Source: Acidobacteriota bacterium (lineage in GTDB: Bacteria; Acidobacteriota; UBA6911). From it: a stretch of DNA of 64,000 nt. The notes under the pieces are model-generated. The model saw nothing but the letters and a program-made list of their open reading frames with translations, did not search any database and had not been told where the DNA came from. Position numbers and translations under genes: made by a program. Where the stretch lies: positions 1,664,001 through 1,728,000 of the forward strand of contig OY761556.1 in the NCBI GenBank assembly GCA_963664705.1. Direction: 5' to 3'. Positions 30,287-40,560 of this stretch are shown piece after piece; position 1 is the stretch's first letter; each line of letters opens with the position of its first letter.

Positions 30287-31219
30287 TTACGCTTGAAAAG
30301 CCGCGCGTAAAGCAGCCGCTGCCTGGGACACCGCTTGCTTTCCCTGATCAATAAGGCCGCCCATGGCAAAGAAACCATGGATCATGCCGGCATAGCGTGT
30401 GAGCTGTACTGGAACCCCTGCCTGCTTCAGTCGTTCTGCATAGGCTTCGCCTTCGTCGCGAAGTGGATCAAATTCAGCGGTGATGACGAGTGCCGGCGGC
30501 AAGCCCAGAAAACTATGTGCATGCAGCGGCGATGCCATCGGATTGCCTGGATCGATATTATTTCCTATGTAATGAGTCCAGAACCAGCGCATAGCGTCTT
30601 TAGTAAGGAAATAGCCCTCGGCGTTTTGGCTGTAGGAAAGTGAGTTGCATGCGGCATCGGTGACCGGATAGATAAGCAGCTGATATTTCAGCGCCGGTCG
30701 ACCGCGATCGCGAGCGAGCTGGGCGATTACAGCTGCCAGGTTTCCGCCGGCACTGTCTCCGCCAACCGCAATGCGAGCGGCATCGCCGCCGAAACTGGAT
30801 GCATTTTCCCAAGCCCATAGAACAGCGGCATAGGAATCGTCAACGGCGGCGGGGAATGGATGCTCCGGTGCCAGTCGGTAATCAACCGAAATGACAATAC
30901 AATGGGCCGCATTGCAGAGTGTCCGGCAGAGCCCATCAGAGCTTGCGATGTCGCCGATTACCCAGCCGCCGCCATGGAAGTATACGAACACCGGAAGCGG
31001 CGCATCCCCTCCAGGCGAATAGAGACGAACGGGTATTGCGCCTGCCGGACCCGTCAGTTCGAGATCTTCGATATTTGCAACCGATTCCGGGCTTCCATGC
31101 ATAGCCGCCATGTCAACCGACTGGCTGCGTGCTTCGCTGACAGACAATTCATGTAGTGCCGGACCGCCGAGCGCGGCCATCTGATCAAGAACGGCACGGG
31201 CTTGAGGATCGAGAGCCAT
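30287..31219 (-). CDS. Hormone-sensitive-lipase-family esterase (alpha/beta hydrolase)
   Basis: HGGGW, YRLAPEHPFPA, GDSAGG, DPLRDEG, HGF; GGAGGT RBS. Confidence 0.93.
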   Translation of the reverse strand: MALDPQARAVLDQMAALGGPALHELSVSEARSQSVDMAAMHGSPESVANIEDLELTGPAGAIPVRLYSPGGDAPLPVFVYFHGGGWVIGDIASSDGLCRTLCNAAHCIVISVDYRLAPEHPFPAAVDDSYAAVLWAWENASSFGGDAARIAVGGDSAGGNLAAVIAQLARDRGRPALKYQLLIYPVTDAACNSLSYSQNAEGYFLTKDAMRWFWTHYIGNNIDPGNPMASPLHAHSFLGLPPALVITAEFDPLRDEGEAYAERLKQAGVPVQLTRYAGMIHGFFAMGGLIDQGKQAVSQAAAALRAAFQA

Positions 31220-31321
31220 GTGAACCTCCCAGTACTTCGTGGATTTGATCGTTTGGAGGATGACAGGCTCTTGCGCCCGGTGCAACAGGGAAACCATCGA
31301 TCTGAAAAAGGGATTTGGGTA

Positions 31322-32056
31322 TTACCACATGCCTCGAAACAGGCGATAGGGGGTTGCTTTCATATAGCGCCTGTAATCGTCGCCGCGTGCGGCAAGCATT
31401 TGACCCTCTTCTACCGGGATAAAGGCAATAAACGTTGTGCCAATCAAGAATGTCCAGAACAACTGGCCCGCATGGGGGTGCAGAATAAGCCCGCATAGCC
31501 CTGCGAGAATGGCCGATCGATACATGGGATGTCGCACTTGGGCATACGGTCCTTCCGTAAGCAGACGAGTCTCCGCTCCATGGGAATAGGCGCTCACTGA
31601 GCCCGGTACGCCCAGCAGTCCATCGATTGCTTCGAAGGATATTCCCTGGAAAAACATGAGCACACAAAAAATGAACCCGACTATTCCTGCAAAGCGAACC
31701 GGCTCGGGAATCGCCAAAGCGGGTCCGGGAACAGGCTGGTGCAGCCAACACAAGGCAAGCCATGTGACCACTGTTACCGTGATATAAAAACGCCGCTCGC
31801 GTGGTGTGCTGTAGGGCTGTCCCCACACTGCCCGCTTGAACCATGAGCGTGTCATGAGCAAATGAGGTCCAATGAAAGCCGCATAGAGTCCTAGGTTGAA
31901 CCCGTAGCCGCCGGAGGCATCGGACGCGTTATATCGAAAACCGTAGAGCATGATTCCAAACAGGGAGAACAGGCCAAAATAGGAGAAGGCTTTGTATGCC
32001 TGACGATAAATGGAGCTCTCGTGTTTTGATTTTACGGCAACATTATAGGTATTCAT
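31322..32056 (-). CDS. Isoprenylcysteine-carboxyl-methyltransferase-like membrane protein (MddA-like)
   Basis: Several TM helices; GPYAQVRHPMY and EE...GDDYRRYMKATPY; start uncertain (32056 or 32104). Confidence 0.8.
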   Translation of the reverse strand: MNTYNVAVKSKHESSIYRQAYKAFSYFGLFSLFGIMLYGFRYNASDASGGYGFNLGLYAAFIGPHLLMTRSWFKRAVWGQPYSTPRERRFYITVTVVTWLALCWLHQPVPGPALAIPEPVRFAGIVGFIFCVLMFFQGISFEAIDGLLGVPGSVSAYSHGAETRLLTEGPYAQVRHPMYRSAILAGLCGLILHPHAGQLFWTFLIGTTFIAFIPVEEGQMLAARGDDYRRYMKATPYRLFRGMW

Positions 32057-32152
32057 TACTCGACTCTTTGGCAGGATCGCAGGATAAATTTCATTCCGCA
32101 ACAACTTGATGTTCCACTACGCCTGCCAGACATGCGGTTCGCTCCGCAGGGA

Positions 32153-32341
32153 CTATAGGGCTTCGGCTGAACAAAGCATCGAGGCATCATAGGCGGAGCG
32201 TTTGCATTCGGGGCAAAAATATCTGCTTTCCTTCGACCGCTTTTTCAGAAGATCGAGATCGGATTGGTCATGGCTTCTGCTCAAAGAACAGATCTTTGAA
32301 TGGTCTTCATCATAAAAGTCGTAAATATCTTCATCTTCCAT
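32153..32341 (-). CDS. Small Cys/His protein (putative metal-binding)
   Basis: 62 aa; H..IC...CPEC.R.A.....LC; AAGGAGA RBS. Confidence 0.6.
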   Translation of the reverse strand: MEDEDIYDFYDEDHSKICSLSRSHDQSDLDLLKKRSKESRYFCPECKRSAYDASMLCSAEAL

Positions 32342-32813
32342 GATGTTTCTCCTTCAGACTTCAATAAATAAGATATAGAACCATCCGACAAACTTGTCAA
32401 TGATTTATGAAAAGCATATTCATAAAAGGCCGTACAATTGAGACGAAAAGAGTTGTGTTTCTGTCATTAACATTGGAACACGCCTCGCAGGATTGCAAAA
32501 ATCTTCTGAATACGCCCAATAGATATTGGATCGTTGGGTTCTGTCAGCGGCCAATTAGGCGCTTTTTGTGGGTTCTAAGGGCGAACCGGAGACTCTTCAT
32601 TCCTATAACTATTGTGTATATAGGTCTTCCTTCGGTCCGTCCCGGAAGCTATTGATATGGGCCGGCACTTGCAGTATGTTTTATGAAACCAGCGAAGAAT
32701 TCCGGATCATTTCAAGTACGGCAAAACTCCAGCACTTCTGCTCCGCAATAGGTGTGGATTCCCAGTTAACGATGCGATCAATAAATGTTTCGTTGCTTTT
32801 ATGGGAGGCGACT

Positions 32814-33089
32814 ATGCGAATAACTGCCGGCTTCAAAAGCCACAAAAAAAATTCAAGAAAGGAACTGGACAGCATCGGAAGGGATTCTGAGTATTCGAAT
32901 CCGGTTTCCACTGAAGTGTCCGAGGAGGAACGACGCCATTTGATCGCCGAAAGCGCGTATTTCCGTGCGGAGCGGCGCAGTTTTGTTCCTGGATATGAAT
33001 TGGAGGATTGGCTGGCTGCCGAGATTGAGATCGAAAAGCGGCTGGACGAGCTTCATTTGCCGAGTAGGCCTGATCATGCTCCCCAATGA
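32814..33089 (+). CDS. DUF2934-domain protein
   Basis: ERRHLIAESAYFRAERR...ELEDWLAAE; GGAGG RBS. Confidence 0.8.
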   Translation: MRITAGFKSHKKNSRKELDSIGRDSEYSNPVSTEVSEEERRHLIAESAYFRAERRSFVPGYELEDWLAAEIEIEKRLDELHLPSRPDHAPQ

Positions 33090-33160
33090 TTCGGAGTTTG
33101 CTGTGATTTTTTTTACTAATTGATTGCGATGAGAGTGATTTCAGGCAAGGAGACCAGGCG

Positions 33161-34207
33161 ATGTCGGACCGAAAATTCAGCCTCGCCAATTATCTGGATC
33201 GTCAGGTTGATCCTGCTATCGATGCAGGATCAAACCCCATTGCCCTGCTTTTGGCAGGTGGGGATGGAGTACGTCTTCGGGAACTGACGAGACGGATTGC
33301 CGGGGCGCCTATACCGAAGCAATACTGTCGCCTCTTAAATGGGGCATCCCTGTTGGAAGCCTCGATTTCCAGGGCCCTTCTTCTATTTCCGCCGGATCGC
33401 ATCCATGTAATTTTGAACCATGATCATCTTGATTTGGCTCGGGACCAGGTCAAAGCGCTTCCCGTTTCCAATTTATTAGTGCAGCCGATGAATAGAGACA
33501 CCGGCCCCGGAATTACCTATGCCTTGCTGCACTTGGCTCGATCCTGCAATGATGCTACGGTTGCGGTTTTTCCGACCGATCACTATATCGATAATGGCAG
33601 GGCATTTGTTGCCCACGTGATGCGGGCGATGGTTTCCGTTCAGCTCCACCCGGAAAAGATCTTGATCCTGGGAGTTGCTCCGGACAGACCAGACACGGGG
33701 TATGGTTACATCATGCCTTCCAGATCACTGACGCCATCGGGTACGAGCTATCATGTTGAGTCCTTCATGGAAAAACCCAGCCTTGCGGAAGCGCAGGAAA
33801 TCATCTCGCGTGGAGGCATGTGGAATACATTCGTCATGGTCTTCAGGCTTTCCCGAATGCTGGAATTGCTGCATGCGTTGGTACCTGAGGATGTTGTGAT
33901 GCTATGCAGGATGCTTGAGAAGCCATCCGGGGCCGTCGATGGGTATCACGAAATTCGCCCCTGGAATTTTTCCACCCAGATACTTGCCCGCATTCCCCAG
34001 CACCTGATTGTCCTTAAAGTTACCAACGTATCGTGGAGTGATTGGGGAACACCCGAATCGATCGAACGGACATATGAGGAGCTGAATCTGGCGCCTTTCT
34101 GGGAAATGGCGAAGGCCGATGGAAGTCGAGGTCAAAACAGGGAATTGGCCAGTGATCTTCCGAATGCCGGTGAGCGACAAATCTATGCGGTTCCTCCATC
34201 TCGCTGA
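33161..34207 (+). CDS. Mannose-1-phosphate guanylyltransferase-like sugar-phosphate nucleotidyltransferase
   Basis: LLAGGDGVRL, PKQY, QPMNRDTGPG, FPTDH, TGYGYI, FMEKP, WSDWGT. Confidence 0.85.
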   Translation: MSDRKFSLANYLDRQVDPAIDAGSNPIALLLAGGDGVRLRELTRRIAGAPIPKQYCRLLNGASLLEASISRALLLFPPDRIHVILNHDHLDLARDQVKALPVSNLLVQPMNRDTGPGITYALLHLARSCNDATVAVFPTDHYIDNGRAFVAHVMRAMVSVQLHPEKILILGVAPDRPDTGYGYIMPSRSLTPSGTSYHVESFMEKPSLAEAQEIISRGGMWNTFVMVFRLSRMLELLHALVPEDVVMLCRMLEKPSGAVDGYHEIRPWNFSTQILARIPQHLIVLKVTNVSWSDWGTPESIERTYEELNLAPFWEMAKADGSRGQNRELASDLPNAGERQIYAVPPSR

Positions 34208-34420
34208 GAGGGAGGAAACAGAATAGGAATGGACCGGAAAGCTTTCCGTGAGCATCGTCTTTCATCAGTCGAAAGGGTATGGGATAGCAATGTCGGCCGC
34301 ACTCCTGGTGCTCGCTGCAAATATTTCCCTTGCCTGCCTGAGCTGTTTCTAAAACAATGGCTAATCAGCCAGCGATTCAGGAACAGCTTTCATCAGCGAT
34401 GACACCAAAATAGGTGTGTT

Positions 34421-36487
34421 ATGGCGAATGATATTTCCCTGGAGAGCCCAAAAACTGTTCAGGAAAAAGAGCAACCCGCAGAATCTTCCGCGTCAACAGG
34501 AAGCCCGACGGATATCGCTCAGGCGCAGGGTCAGCTCCTGCAGCGTTTCTACACGATGCTTGCCAGTCTCTATTCGGGCGTTTTGCTGATGACGGAAGAG
34601 GGTAGGGTTGAGTTTGTGAACCAAGCTTTCTGCGATTCCTATGGGCTTGATGAATTGCCGGGAGACTTGATCGGCATGAGTTCCGACGCCTTGATGCAAA
34701 AAATCAAGCACGCCTATCAGGTGCCTGAAGAGGCGGAAAAGCGCATCCGCGAGATCCGTCAGGAGGGAAAGCCGGTCCGCCATGAGGAATTTGCCATGCG
34801 AAACGGGCGCACGGCGATTCGCGATTCTATTCCTCTGAATATTGACGGCAAACCGTGCGGACGGCTTTGGCTGCATACGGATATAACCGAGCGCGTGGCC
34901 ACGGAGCAGGCGCTGCGGCAAAGCGAATTGCGCTATCGTTTGTTTGTAGAAGCCTCCTCCCAGGTGGTTTGGACCACAAATGCCCGAGGTGAAGTCAATT
35001 TGGAGATCCCGGCGTGGCAAGCATATACGGGACAGACGGCCGAGCAGGCGCGCAGATTTGGATGGATGGATGCGATCCATCCCGATGATCAGTCGCGCGT
35101 GGCCGCTGCCTGGGAGAAAGCATTTCGCTCGTGCGGAATTTTTGAAGTGGAATATCGCATGCGGCTGAGTGATGGTTCCTGGCGGGACATCCTCGCGCGT
35201 GGCGTTCCGGTCCATACGCCCGAGGGTCGTGTTCTGGAATATGTGGGTACGTGTATCGACATAACGGAGCAACGGCGGGCCGCGGAAGAACTGAAGCGAT
35301 TGAATTCCGATCTGCTGCGCATGGTGGATGAGCGGACGGCCGAGGTGACGGTGCTTGCCAATAACCTGCGCGAGCTAGCTTCCGAACTGACGCGCACCGA
35401 ACAGCGGGAACGGCAGAGAATTGCCAAGGTGCTGCACGACCATATTCAGCAGTTGCTGGTGGCTGCCAAGCTACAGACAAATGCGCTGATCAACCGGCAG
35501 CAGAGCGAACGACTAAAAACTTCGGTACGGCTCATCAGTGATCTGCTCGACCAGACTATTTCGGCTTCCCGCGAACTGACCGCGGATCTGATTCCCCCGG
35601 TTTTGTATGACGCGGGTTTTGGCGCCGCGCTGCAATGGCTTACTCGCAACTTTCTGGAGAAACACAATCTACAGATTGAAGTTCTGTTTAATCCATCGGG
35701 AGAGCCGCGAAGCGAAGATGTGCGCATATTCATGTTCGACGCGGTTCGGGAAGTACTGTTCAATGTAGTGAAACATTCTGGTGTGAACACGGCTCACGTC
35801 GAGTGCTACCGCGGGGAGGATGATCGTGTGCATGTCGTCGTGTGGGATAAAGGAAAGGGATTTGATTTCCTTTCCCCGCAATCCGGTGAGCGTTCCCGTG
35901 GATTCGGGCTTTTCAGTATTCAGCAACGGTTGACTCATATGGGTGGACGAATGGATATTGAATCTGCTCCCGGGGGCGGAACGCAGATTACTCTTATCGG
36001 ACCGCTTGCCGCGGATTTTCAACCGGCGGTGCCTTTAGCGGAATTCCCGGTTCCTTCTGTCAGCACCATGACAAAAGGGGCAAGCGATGGTCGAATTCGA
36101 GTGATTCTGGCGGATGATCATCACCTCATCCGTCAGGGACTTGCGGGGCTATTGCGGGCGGAGGCTGACATTGACGTCATTGGAGAAGCAGAGAATGGCG
36201 CGCAGGCCATCACCATGACACGGTCTCTTCAGCCGGATATCGTTGTCATGGATGTCAGCATGCCTGTGATGAACGGAATTGACGCTACAACGGAAATTCA
36301 CCGCGACATGCCCGCTGTTAAGGTGATAGGGCTTTCGATGCATGAAGATGGAGAGCTATCATCCGCGATGCGGCAGGCGGGCGCAATTGCTTATGTGACG
36401 AAAGGTGGATCTTCGGAATCGCTTGTGGAAGCGATCAGAATGGCTGCATACACTGGGAACACCGGCGCTTCGTCGGCAGGGGAGTAG
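34421..36487 (+). CDS. Cytoplasmic hybrid sensor kinase (PAS-PAS-HisKA_3-HATPase-REC)
   Basis: Two PAS/PAC domains; ERQRIAKVLHDHIQQ; FNVVKHSG; DKGKGF; C-terminal receiver (LADDH, VMDVSMP, YVTK). Confidence 0.92.
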   Translation: MANDISLESPKTVQEKEQPAESSASTGSPTDIAQAQGQLLQRFYTMLASLYSGVLLMTEEGRVEFVNQAFCDSYGLDELPGDLIGMSSDALMQKIKHAYQVPEEAEKRIREIRQEGKPVRHEEFAMRNGRTAIRDSIPLNIDGKPCGRLWLHTDITERVATEQALRQSELRYRLFVEASSQVVWTTNARGEVNLEIPAWQAYTGQTAEQARRFGWMDAIHPDDQSRVAAAWEKAFRSCGIFEVEYRMRLSDGSWRDILARGVPVHTPEGRVLEYVGTCIDITEQRRAAEELKRLNSDLLRMVDERTAEVTVLANNLRELASELTRTEQRERQRIAKVLHDHIQQLLVAAKLQTNALINRQQSERLKTSVRLISDLLDQTISASRELTADLIPPVLYDAGFGAALQWLTRNFLEKHNLQIEVLFNPSGEPRSEDVRIFMFDAVREVLFNVVKHSGVNTAHVECYRGEDDRVHVVVWDKGKGFDFLSPQSGERSRGFGLFSIQQRLTHMGGRMDIESAPGGGTQITLIGPLAADFQPAVPLAEFPVPSVSTMTKGASDGRIRVILADDHHLIRQGLAGLLRAEADIDVIGEAENGAQAITMTRSLQPDIVVMDVSMPVMNGIDATTEIHRDMPAVKVIGLSMHEDGELSSAMRQAGAIAYVTKGGSSESLVEAIRMAAYTGNTGASSAGE

Positions 36488-36502
36488 CCGCTTTCACGAC
36501 GC

Positions 36503-36634
36503 CAATGCCGCATATTATTTGTCGAGGGCGAAGTCCATCGGAGTGAGGTGGCTTGCCACTGTCTTCGACTTTTATGGTTTTCAAAGGTGGCAGCAAGCTG
36601 CCCCATTCCACGGTTCCTATTCGGGCGCCTTTTT
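36503..36634 (+). repeat. REPIN/MITE-like dispersed repeat, copy B
   Basis: Colinear with copies at 1953 and 45787; flanked by imperfect inverted ends ccgctttcacgacgcc / ggcggcgtgagcgg. Confidence 0.8.
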
Positions 36635-36825
36635 GCAAATAATACCAGCATTAGCGGGACGGCGGCGTGAGCGGCATGTAGGCGACCACGTTTTTGCGGG
36701 CAATACGCCGTCCGGTCTTAGTCTCGAATCTGAAATCCGGAATCTTAAATTCTGCAAAAATGCGGCATTTGGCTGTACAATCGCTCCATCATCCGTGCCC
36801 AACTACCAAATCACGAGGCGACACC

Positions 36826-39111
36826 ATGGCAGATATCGAAGGCAGCAACGGACAAAGGACCGAATTCAAAGCTGTCGGCCGAGCGAACGTACCCGGCCGG
36901 CTGTCCTATACCATTGCAACTGGCGGGGCCAAATTTGGCACCGATGTGGTAGTGCCAAACATGCTCCATGCGAAATTCCTGCGAAGCCCTCATGGCCGCG
37001 CGAAAATTAAAAGCCTGGATATCAGCAAGGCGAAAACGCTGGACGGCGTTGTAGATATTGTAACGTGGGATGACCCGGACATACGTTCAATCAATGAAGC
37101 GCTGGCACGTGCCGAAATCAAACCGATGGCAGGAATCCGGGGACAACTCATCCCTAACGAGGCGGAGACTGAGGATGAGGAGATCGGCGTGGTTGTGGTT
37201 GCGGTTACGCCGGAAATCTGCGATGAGGCGCTGAAGCGGATACAGGTGGAGTGGGACATATTGCCAAGCATAGTGGATGCACTGGATGGCCTGAAGCCTG
37301 GTGCTCCAATCATACGTCACGATCCAAAGAAACTGGCATCCAGTTATTCGCAAGGAGATGTCGAGGCGGGATTTAAGCAGGCGGATCAGATAATTGAATT
37401 CGACTGGTGGCATTCACGCACCGCATCGCATATTCCGAATCCGAACGGAAGTGTCTCGTGGTGGGCACAGGACCCTTGGGGAGTGCAGGGCGCAACGCTG
37501 TTTATTGAGGGGATCTCACCCACATGGGGTGCATTTCAGCTCCGTCCCATGTATGACATCACTTTTGACAAGCTTCATCGCGGAACGCTTTTCCAAGGTG
37601 GAAAATATTGTGACTGGATCATTCGACGTTCCCAACTGATTACGCCATTGCTGGCTCGTCGCACCGGGAGGCCGGTGCGTTGCGTGAACCAGAGGCAAAA
37701 TGACTATTACCCTGCGAATCCTCAACGATATTCCCATGCAAAAATCGGGTTCAGGAAGGACGGGCTCATAACCGCTGTCGAGGAACGCACGGTAGGAGAC
37801 CAGGGCGCGCCGGATGAGGAATCTTCCTTCATGGGTGGATTTGAGGCGAGGTTCAGCCCGTTTAATACAACTCGTTGCGTGAACCAAAAGAGCCAGTTTC
37901 AAGGCGTGTTTACCAATTCCGGTCGTAATACCCTTAGTCAAACGTCTCCTTTTAACTGGGATGCTATGACCATTGCCGAGCAGATGATTGCGGAAAAACT
38001 CGGGATGGACGTTCTGGATGTCGCGCTGGCGAACGTTCACGGTCCCGATTCCCAGACGGATCCGGGTGTTCCTCCCGGCCTCGTGATGTGTATTGAAAAG
38101 GGCAGAAAAGCCATGAATTGGAAATGGCATCCGGCAGGTGCGAGGAGGCTTCCGGATGGAAAGATGCATGGATTGAGCTTCCGGTATGCCCTGTCTCCAC
38201 GGCACGCCTTTCAGCCATATACGGCGACGGTGACAATCCAAGGGGATAACAAAGTCTATATCCCTCTCAAGGGACCTTGGGCCGGCTACTATGGATCGGA
38301 TGCATGCGCGCTTGTTGTAGCGGAAGAGCTTGGTGCAAAAGTTGAGGATGTAATCCTTCTCTTTGATGAAAAGGCCATCTTTACTCCGGTCGGAGGCGGT
38401 AGCGACGGCACAACCGCGTCAGCCTGGGTTATTAAGGAAGCTGCGGTTGCCTGCAAGAAGCAACTACTTCAGCTGGCCGCCCTTAAGTTCAATGCCAAAC
38501 CGGAAGATCTCGATACAAAAGATACGACGGTTTATCTCAAATCCAATCCTGCCAAATCGCTTTCGTTCGGATCAATCATAGGCAGTGAGGGTTTCGGGGA
38601 TCATGATTTAGACATTGCGGCGACCTACTTTGGCCGGCCTCCGGCGACTACATGGAATCAGGGCGGAAAGGTCCTCGACGTAATGAATACCAGTTTTTGC
38701 GAGGTTGCAGTCGATATCGAAACCGGTGGCATTGATGTGACAAAATTTGTTGTTGTCTGTGATCCCGGCAAGGTTCTGAGAATGACTTCGTTTGAAGGAC
38801 AGTTGCATCAGGCGATGTTCTTCAGCCAGGGCGGCGGATTGTCGGAGGAGTTTATTTACGATAAGGCTACCGGAGTTAAGCTCAGCACCAATATGTTTGA
38901 ATATAAGAAGCCCACGATTGTCGATTTTGGGCCCATTGAAACACATGCAGTTGAAACCCGATCGGGGAATGCCTGCTACGGCGCATCCGGAATCAGCCAT
39001 TGCATGGCCGCCCCATTGCTGCCTGTATGCGCGGTAGCCAATGCCATCGGGAAGTGGATCGAACCACCCGTCACGCCCGATAAGGTGCTGAGGGCTTTGG
39101 GTAAGTGTTAG
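36826..39111 (+). CDS. Xanthine-dehydrogenase/CoxL-family molybdopterin-binding subunit (divergent)
   Basis: TGGAKFGTD, MLHAKFLRSPHGRAKIKSLD, GDVEAGF, TGRPVR, EVAVDIETG, D.GKV...FEGQ. Confidence 0.9.
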   Translation: MADIEGSNGQRTEFKAVGRANVPGRLSYTIATGGAKFGTDVVVPNMLHAKFLRSPHGRAKIKSLDISKAKTLDGVVDIVTWDDPDIRSINEALARAEIKPMAGIRGQLIPNEAETEDEEIGVVVVAVTPEICDEALKRIQVEWDILPSIVDALDGLKPGAPIIRHDPKKLASSYSQGDVEAGFKQADQIIEFDWWHSRTASHIPNPNGSVSWWAQDPWGVQGATLFIEGISPTWGAFQLRPMYDITFDKLHRGTLFQGGKYCDWIIRRSQLITPLLARRTGRPVRCVNQRQNDYYPANPQRYSHAKIGFRKDGLITAVEERTVGDQGAPDEESSFMGGFEARFSPFNTTRCVNQKSQFQGVFTNSGRNTLSQTSPFNWDAMTIAEQMIAEKLGMDVLDVALANVHGPDSQTDPGVPPGLVMCIEKGRKAMNWKWHPAGARRLPDGKMHGLSFRYALSPRHAFQPYTATVTIQGDNKVYIPLKGPWAGYYGSDACALVVAEELGAKVEDVILLFDEKAIFTPVGGGSDGTTASAWVIKEAAVACKKQLLQLAALKFNAKPEDLDTKDTTVYLKSNPAKSLSFGSIIGSEGFGDHDLDIAATYFGRPPATTWNQGGKVLDVMNTSFCEVAVDIETGGIDVTKFVVVCDPGKVLRMTSFEGQLHQAMFFSQGGGLSEEFIYDKATGVKLSTNMFEYKKPTIVDFGPIETHAVETRSGNACYGASGISHCMAAPLLPVCAVANAIGKWIEPPVTPDKVLRALGKC

Positions 39112-39222
39112 TGCGCGCTATTACCGGACAGAAAATGGGCCGGTTTGTTGCTGAAAAAATTCGAAGAATCCAGGCTTGTAAAATGTGCGTATTTGCAGAC
39201 GCAAATTCCCCAAAGGATCTCT

Positions 39223-40500
39223 ATGTCTCGAAATCGCCTGTTTTTCGGCTGGTGGGTATTGTTTGGGATTTTTGTCATGTATACCGCGCTGTGCGGTATA
39301 CAGATTTACACGCTGCCGCTGTTCTATCCTGCACTGATGAAGGAATTTCGCTGGTCCACGGAAAACGTAACACGGGCTGCAACCATTTTTTTTCTGACCG
39401 GAGCGATTCTTACTCCGTTTGTCAGTTCGTTCTTTGACCGATTTTCCGCAAGACTGTTTATGATAGCCGGCGGAATAGCTACGGTGATCGGACTGTTTTG
39501 CTACAGTGCGCTCTCCTCTCTCACCCATATGGCACTTGTTTATATGGTCTTCTCCTTCTCGCAGGTCAGTTGCGGACAGGTGCCCACGATGCTGGTGGTA
39601 ACCCGCTGGTTTAAGCGCTATCGAGGCATCGCGGTCGGAATAACGCTGATGGGGCCGGATCTGGGAGGTGCCATATTTCCGCTTGTGGTCAAGACCTCTT
39701 TGGCCAACGGCGAATGGCGTCATGCGTTGACATTGTTGATGGCAATCGCGGGAGTCATGATACTGCTCCCTCTGGTTTTCCTGGTCCGCAGCCGGCCGGA
39801 GGATAAAGGGCTTCAGCAAGACGGCTCGGCAGCCCAGAACGAAGATCGGAAAAATTCGGGAGAGGCAACACAATCAAGCGGGATTACCTTGAGCCAGGCC
39901 CTGCGAATGCCTGCCTTTTATATATTGGCCTTTGCGACCGGCTCGCTCTGGTTTTGTATGAATGGTATTGTTCAGCACCAGACGATTTTCATGAATGCAG
40001 AGTTGGGAATTTCGATGGATACGCTTCCCCTGATCGTCAGCACGCTTTTCTGGTTTGCCATTATCGGCAAACTCCTGATCGGCTACCTGAGCGACCACTT
40101 TGACAAGATCACGATCATGTTTGTGGTTGTCGCCGCCTTGATTGCGGGCCTGGCAATTCTGCGCCTGTCCAGTGCATCCAATCTTGCCGGACTGTATTGT
40201 TATGCCGCAGTTTTCGGCATCGGCTATAGCGGCACGTTTACGATGATACAGCTGGTGATTGCCGAATTTTTCTCCGGCCAATCCTATGGGAAAATTCTTG
40301 GTATATTGACCATGGTGGATGTTGGAGCGGGAGGGCTTGCCATCACCGTCATTGCTCAGCTTCAAGGGATATACCATAGCTATCTGCCTGTGCTCGAGGG
40401 CCTGATTGTCCTGACTTGTTTGGTGGCAATTTTTGTCCTTTTCCTGCGGAGGATGCGCCGCGATGTTCGGCTCGCCAACCCATTGTCGGCTGAAACCTAG
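39223..40500 (+). CDS. MFS transporter (OFA/MCT-like)
   Basis: About 12 TM; FFGWW; RWFKRYRGIAVG; GYLSDHF; AEFFSGQSYGKILG. Confidence 0.9.
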   Translation: MSRNRLFFGWWVLFGIFVMYTALCGIQIYTLPLFYPALMKEFRWSTENVTRAATIFFLTGAILTPFVSSFFDRFSARLFMIAGGIATVIGLFCYSALSSLTHMALVYMVFSFSQVSCGQVPTMLVVTRWFKRYRGIAVGITLMGPDLGGAIFPLVVKTSLANGEWRHALTLLMAIAGVMILLPLVFLVRSRPEDKGLQQDGSAAQNEDRKNSGEATQSSGITLSQALRMPAFYILAFATGSLWFCMNGIVQHQTIFMNAELGISMDTLPLIVSTLFWFAIIGKLLIGYLSDHFDKITIMFVVVAALIAGLAILRLSSASNLAGLYCYAAVFGIGYSGTFTMIQLVIAEFFSGQSYGKILGILTMVDVGAGGLAITVIAQLQGIYHSYLPVLEGLIVLTCLVAIFVLFLRRMRRDVRLANPLSAET

Positions 40501-40560
40501 TTCCGGGCGCGAATCTGTTCAAATCCGGTGAAAGAGTGCAAAATGGATTTCGGAGGCTCT

